Assembly: GCA_001179505.1 (NCBI GenBank)
Contig: CDMY01000737.1
Location: 1 to 26,009, forward strand
From: Vitrella brassicaformis CCMP3155
Lineage: Eukaryota; Protista; Chromerida
Length of the DNA: 26,009 bases
Reading direction: 5' to 3'
Position numbers and translations under genes: made by a program. Shown one piece after another: positions 20,507 to 26,009 of the stretch; position 1 is the first letter of the stretch; every line of letters starts with the position of its first letter. The notes under the pieces were generated by a model. The model did not search any database. It was not told the origin of the DNA and saw only the letters and a list, made by a program, of their open reading frames with translations.

Positions 20507-21524
20507 GGGTGTACAGTCCTCACGAGTCGTGATGTCCGTGCACACGTGGCGGCTTTCAATCTTCCCATCTTCTAGATAGGTGGCTCTCGCCTCACACAGT
20601 ACTTCTGTGAGTGTCTGTGGCGATTCTGAGGGCTATCTCAGTCGTCCCTCGCTTTTGCCATTGCATCGCTCTGTGCCTTGTGTGTCTATAAACACACAGT
20701 GGCATCGGCATGCAATGGGTAAGTCAGACACATTTGTTTTGTTAGACATCTGTGATGTCTTTCTGGTGTGCTGCTCGACCTAGCTATCTGTCTTTGATGC
20801 AGCGAGCAGGCACACACATGTGTCTAGACGAGCTGAGACCGCATCAGGCCAGCTGCGCTATTTGTGCGCTGTGCTGTTATTGCTTTGCCTAATGCCCCCT
20901 CTGAGCTCAATGCCCAAGGAGTGAGCCAGCAATTGAGAGTCAGGCTAGGTTTTCGATGAACCCACTTAGGACGCAGAGCATCATCAATGCATTTTATGTA
21001 TGCATGCGACGCTCCACCGTGCGCTGGTCCGTGACTCAATGCTGTACATGTTTGATTTTGCGTGAGGGACATCTGGACTTTGAAATAGAGGTGACGAATC
21101 ACTTGGTGCAGCCATTGCACATGCTCTTTGACTGCATCTGAGCAATCACATCACTCTCTAAGTCCTTTCCCTCTCACACGCACTGTCAATGTGTTCCTTG
21201 ATCAAAAATATGACTGCACGCAGACCAATTCCTCATGGAATCGATCAACAGCGGATCACTTCTCTCTCTGTCAGTTCTTTCTCAGCCCTCATCAATCAAT
21301 GCACACTTGTCATCGATCGATCAACCAGCCGGCAGACCAATCGACCAACAGACGGCAAGATAGCACTGAGTGAGTGACGAGAAGACGAGAGAAAGAAATA
21401 CTTCGTACATATACAGACGTGCATGACGTCCATGTATACGTACACACAGCGTCACTTGTACCAGCCCCCTCTGTCTTCGTGAGCTCTTGGGTGGCCAGCT
21501 AGTGCGCTGTAGTCTTGTAGAGCC

Positions 21525-22409
21525 TCATTCGTCTGGCTCAGATCCATCGTCACTGTCTCGCATCTCTTGCAGCATACGGCCGAGCACTCGACATTCATCT
21601 GTCGTGTGATTGAACAGCGGACGTTCTCGTCGTGTCGGGCAGAGACGGCAGAATAGTTGCCGGCGCTCTTGGGTGGCACCAGCAACGGGCAATGATATCA
21701 CAGTCGATGCTCCCTGTCCTGTATTGCGTCCAGACAGGGTGTGCGAGTCAGATGGACCATGCGTACCGTCACCGAGCTCCGCAGGAATGCGGGCGGCCAT
21801 ACGGCGCATCTTTTCGTAAGTGAAGTCCACCTGCCCGATGAACACACTCCACAGAAAAGCACACATTGGGTTCGCTCTGTGAGCACCCAGACGCACGATC
21901 ATCTTCTGTACGACGTCGTCTTTTGTGCGCCTTTCTGTACCATACGCCTTGTTGACGGCAAGTGAGAGACGGTCAAGGTCTCCAAGATTATCCATGAAGC
22001 CCTTGCTCTCATCGTAATCCCACCTGTCGTATTCGACGTTTATCTGTGAACGCCTCTGCTCGATGCTCGGCTCATATCTGCGACGCAGAGCCAACAGAGA
22101 CACACACCCATCGTGTGTTGTGGTTGCCTCCTGGACCGTTCCTTGACAGTCCTTGCCCTCTGTGGCCCTGTCCAGTGCTCTCCACAACATCCATCTCTCC
22201 ATCCTCATGTTGCGGCGTTGGACATCTGTGAGCGACTCGTCAGCGAACTTCACCGACAGCTCGTCATCAGTTGACGGATGAAAGTACTTGGCCATGCCAT
22301 CGATGCCATAGAACATGCCAGCGAACGACTGACGCCAGCTGTGGTAGTCGCTCTCTTTGCCGCTGAAGCGAGGAGGGTTGGTGGCGATGCCATCAGCCAT
22401 CTGTACCAC
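21525..22409 (-). CDS. gag: Copia-type Gag (UBN2/Retrotran_gag-like) with an atypical C-terminal zinc knuckle, 294 aa
   Basis: PPRFSGKESDYHSWR N-terminus, LLALRRRYEP central motif, CRLC-X10-H-X4-C, and position directly downstream of the PBS. Confidence 0.85.
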   Translation of the reverse strand: MVQMADGIATNPPRFSGKESDYHSWRQSFAGMFYGIDGMAKYFHPSTDDELSVKFADESLTDVQRRNMRMERWMLWRALDRATEGKDCQGTVQEATTTHDGCVSLLALRRRYEPSIEQRRSQINVEYDRWDYDESKGFMDNLGDLDRLSLAVNKAYGTERRTKDDVVQKMIVRLGAHRANPMCAFLWSVFIGQVDFTYEKMRRMAARIPAELGDGTHGPSDSHTLSGRNTGQGASTVISLPVAGATQERRQLFCRLCPTRRERPLFNHTTDECRVLGRMLQEMRDSDDGSEPDE

Positions 22410-22530
22410 AACTCACTGTGTGGCACTTGTTGGATGACGTCACGTTGCTCGGTCATCATCACCGGGAGATGGTGTCTCGTCAGATGGTGAGGGAAGGCAC
22501 GCCAAATGGCTCATCACACCCGAGGTGGGC

Positions 22531-22540
22531 GTTCATAACC
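22531..22540 (-). other. Primer-binding site GGTTATGAAC
   Basis: Directly follows the 5' LTR. GGTTATGA is complementary to UCAUAACC of a tRNA-Met anticodon arm, the priming mode known from Drosophila copia and yeast Ty5. Confidence 0.75.
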
Positions 22541-22706
22541 AGTTGGAGTATCAGCAGTAGCTCGGGGTAGCGAGTAGGAATGTGACGAAGCCGGAAGAAG
22601 CATTCAGTGACGACGGAGGTCTCATGGACACGCAAGCTTGGGTCCACAACCATCGCAAGTCATGTCTCGTAGATCTCGCCCGTATAACTCGGTCTCCGCT
22701 CTAACT
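22541..22706 (-). repeat. 5' LTR (166 bp)
   Basis: Identical to 19514-19679. Confidence 0.95.
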
Positions 22707-22829
22707 GAGATGGCCACGGGCTATTGGCCACAGGTAGGCCACAGGTTCATGTATGACTGCGTGAATGCATGTCCATGAACGATAGGCAGTGCAGAGCGTT
22801 TTGTTCAACCATCATCGAACTCAGAGCCA

Positions 22830-23041
22830 TGTTGACCAGTCCTGATGATGCTTCAAATGGACAAGACCATCGTATGACTGGTCTCACTGAAGTGACAACA
22901 CTCTGCCTCTAGGACTCACCGCCCAATAGATCCTCAGCTACTTCACTGATTCGGCAGCTCCTCACCGGCCTTTCCGCACACCGGCGCAGCGATGTGGTGC
23001 TAGCGCTAAAGCATATATCCGCCCACTGATATATCGTAACA
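22830..23041 (+). repeat. Candidate 5' LTR of the downstream copia element (TGTT..AACA)
   Basis: tgttgacc at 22830 and gtaaca|gg at 23041, about 150 bp upstream of gag. The partner LTR is outside the window, so this is unverified. Confidence 0.25.
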
Positions 23042-23100
23042 GGTCTGTCAGCTTCTCGCTCTAATTCGACTGAGAGCGCCTCCTTGCGCAGCGGACAATA

Positions 23101-23193
23101 GCAGCAGCAGCAGGAAGCAACTGCTAGTCTTATCTGAAGAAAGACGACGACGACAACAACAACAACAAAACACAACAACACAACAGACAACAG
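23101..23193 (+). repeat. Compound triplet microsatellite (CAG)n..(GAC)n(AAC)n in the copia leader
   Basis: gcagcagcagcag...gacgacgacgacaacaacaacaacaaaacacaacaac. Confidence 0.8.
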
Positions 23194-23195
23194 AT

Positions 23196-25720
23196 ATGGG
23201 GTCACTCAATCTCGAAAGGAAAGCCACCTTTCTCGTCTCTACCGGCAGGAGTGGTGAAAATGAGATCAAGTGGCACGAATGGGACTTTACCCTGAGAGCC
23301 CATCTATCAGCAAGAGGGATGGATGTGTCGGTCTGCCTACCAACGAAAGATGAGGACGTCCCCCCGCTGAAGATACGCGTGCTGCAAACAGATGCCAACG
23401 ATCAGCCCATGACTCATGATGGACAGCCAATCGTCGTCGAGCAGGGCAATCCTAATGCGAAGAACATTCGATGGCTGTTCGGCTTCCTCGCCCTACAGAC
23501 AGCAGACAAGGGGAAGCGACTGATCCAAGAAGCATACCAGAAGCATGGCGAGAACGGTGCACGGGCCCATCTGGAGGTGCGGAAACGATTCATACCTGAT
23601 CGAGCAGTCTGCAAGCATGAGCTCTTGCAGAGATTCTTCAACTAGAAGATGGTCAAGGACAACCTTGATGACGCCCTTGGTGACTTCAGCTATCTCGTCG
23701 GCCGCCTCCACGACATCGGACCAACAGTGCCTGACGAGACGATGATCGCCGTCATGCTGTCAGCATTACCTGAGAGATTCGACATGTTCAGGGCAACGAT
23801 GAGCGCATGAGTCAGCATTTCGCGCGTTTCGTGGGGAGCCACTCACCTGGCCTCAGTTTGAAGAAGCCCTGCGCAGCGAGACCGCCAAAACTAGCAGACG
23901 GGTCGCCCATTCGACCGGCAGCACGAGCGCCAAGACCACCTCAATAAGCAGCATATTCTGATAACGACAGGAAGGGATGGACAGACAGGCGACCTGACAA
24001 TAGACAGCAGAACAACACAAACAGGAGCAAAAAATAGCTATAATTGTAGGAATCAGCCCGACGACACCAACAGGCAGAGCAGCAACTAATATGCGCACCC
24101 TCCCTAGCACACCAGGGATTATGAATGTGGGCAGCAGCAAGGACGAGGAGAACAACAGCAACAAGGGTAGCGAGCCACAGACCGTCGCGACAACGATGTC
24201 GATGTCATCATAAATAGTGCAAGGGCGCGGATGAACGACAACAAAAGGACCAATCGACGCAATGGCCGCCAATATGCCAACCAGCTCGACATCTACAATG
24301 AAGAGCAACAGCAATATGACAGCAATGAGGACTATGCAACGATTGGAGCAATCGAGATAGAAGAGCTAGCGGAAGAGGTCGCGTATGTCAACGGTGCATG
24401 CTCATCTTCACCTACAGCAATGATGGTGGACCCTGGAGCGGCGCAGTCATGCTGGTTCAAGAAGTAGCTCGTTAGCGACATCAAGCCGCTTGAACGAGAC
24501 ATCAATGTCATCAGGGCGAATGGAACGAAAGCCCAAGTTGTGGGTGTCGGCTGTATCAAACTCACCTATAGAGAAGTCAACAAGGACAAGAAGAATGTCA
24601 TGGTGGATAACGTGCTGTTCGTTCCCAAGCTTCAACCTGCTCTCCCTCGCACACCTACCTGGTCGACGACTACAGCCCGAAGCTTGAGATTGATCATGGT
24701 GCTGCATTCTTGAAGGCACGGAGAGGGATATGTATCCATTGATGTGAGAAGGGCGGTTCTGCTATATCCACATCCACAAGAACCCCTCTGACTGCCCAAG
24801 TGCTACCGATGAGCCAGTGGTTGATGTTAGAGCAGCCGCAGACGCCACTGGTGGACGACAGCAATAGAGAGTCGGCAGATGTGATGACAGCAGACATACT
24901 GGTCGCAGAGGTAGTCATTCGAGAGCGATTGCATCAGTGATCCGCCCATATCAACGAATCTTACCTCAAGAAGTCACCTACATTGACAAGACACGCACCA
25001 GCAACTAAGAACGACAACACTGAAGCGCCAAGTGTAGAGAAGGCTAAGTGTGAGGTGTGTTTGAAGGCCAAGATAAAGCGCCAGCCTTACGTGGCTGATG
25101 CGTATCGACATCAAAATGCAACCATCTCACACGTCGACCTGTCGCAAATCAAGCAGCCCAGCGAGAGAGGATACAAGTACCTGACGGTGATTGTTGTCGA
25201 GGCATCAAGGTAGCTGCAAGCTTACTTCCTCAAGGACAAATCTGAGGCGCCCGGAGCATCATCAACCACCACACCGCAATCCACATGTCTAAGGTTGTGA
25301 CAACGGATGGTCGGGCAGAGCTCATCTCAGGCAGATGGAAGGAGCTCTAGGAGACGCATCAGATACGACAGGAGAGAGGTTTGACATATCATCATCGCAG
25401 ATGGAGTGACTGAGCGGACTATCGGTGTGATTTGTGGGATGGCACGAGCCCTGCTCTTCACTGCTGGCCTGCCAGCGTCCTACTGGTACTATGCGATAGC
25501 GACAGCAGCGTACATCAAGAGCCGCACGCCAACAGCAGCCAATGAGGGGATGAAGACACCACATGAGCTCTTCATTGGCTATCCGTCTACCATCAGCCAT
25601 GTCCACACATTCGGCTGCCAGGCACACTTCAACCAAACGAATGAGACGATCAACACGGGAATTGGTGTTGTCATGTAATGTAGTGTTCGACGAAATCATA
25701 CTACCTGCACAGCAGAAGGC
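23196..25720 (+). mobile_element. Decayed Ty1/copia gag-protease-integrase with stops and frameshifts, probably continuing past the window
   Basis: Gag: KWHEWDFTLRAHL and MLSALPERFDMF. Protease: MMVDPGAAQS. IN zinc finger: LHQ*SAHINESYLKK...CEVCLKAK. Core: SHVDL...GYKYLTVIV, TDGRAE, GVTERTIG...ARALLFTAGLPASYWYYAIATAAYIKSRTP...KTPHELF...FGC. Integrase directly after protease indicates copia order. Confidence 0.92.
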
Positions 25721-26009
25721 ACCAAAAGCATCGCCAGCTATCATCCCATCTACTCACAGGGGGGGAAACTGTCATTAACCGTAACACTCGTCTGTGTGTC
25801 CGTGATACTCATACAAATACAGTCCCATCAGCACGCAGAGTCAAAGAGGCTTAACGGGAGGAGGGATCAATCCCCGCCCCATCAGCACACCCCAGTCCCG
25901 CAAACCCTCCCCTCCCTCCCCCACGCAGACAGAAGCTAGTCGCACGCGCGAGGGCGATAGACAAGCGAGAGCGAATCCATCCAGACACATGACTGAACCC
26001 CCGACCCTT

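Larger units (their letters stand above)
19514..22706 (-). mobile_element. Complete non-autonomous gag-only LTR retroelement (copia-type gag and PBS), 3193 bp
   Basis: Identical 166-bp LTRs, GAGAT TSD at 19509-19513 and 22707-22711, PBS, PPT and one 294-aa gag ORF. No recognisable PR/IN/RT/RH. Confidence 0.93.

Noticed and set aside
19680-21524. Degenerate pol or env inside the gag-only element
   Set aside because: No DSG/DTG, HHCC, DDE, YxDD or RNase H motif remnants and no long TM-bearing ORF were recognised on the sense strand.

Overview
Eukaryotic, intron-containing, repeat-rich DNA with short GT-AG introns and many CA/GT runs. The style suggests an alveolate or chromerid-like protist, but that is inference only. 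There is no prokaryotic operon, CRISPR array or recognisable rRNA/tRNA gene. (1) At about 4.1-9.85 kb, minus strand, three CRE-clade-like non-LTR retrotransposons (RT plus C-terminal restriction-like endonuclease) form a nest. A young 5'-truncated copy (4190-6282) sits inside the RT gene of an older relative, flanked by a perfect 12-bp target-site duplication. A third, frameshifted copy abuts upstream. (2) At 17621-19195, minus strand, a six-exon gene encodes about 300 aa with an N-terminal MGVCFSK acylation-type motif and is frameshifted in exon 4. (3) At 19514-22706, minus strand, lies a complete 3193-bp LTR element with identical 166-bp LTRs, a 5-bp TSD (GAGAT), non-canonical AGTT..AACT ends, a half-tRNA-Met type PBS and a PPT. 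It encodes only Gag and carries an antisense intron-bearing passenger region. (4) From about 23.2 kb to the window end, plus strand, is a decayed Ty1/copia gag-PR-IN. (5) There is also a ~59-bp TGCGCA-core satellite family with a fold-back arrangement, several tandem duplications and a probable LINE 3' remnant near 1 kb. The 10.5-16.5 kb region could not be assigned.
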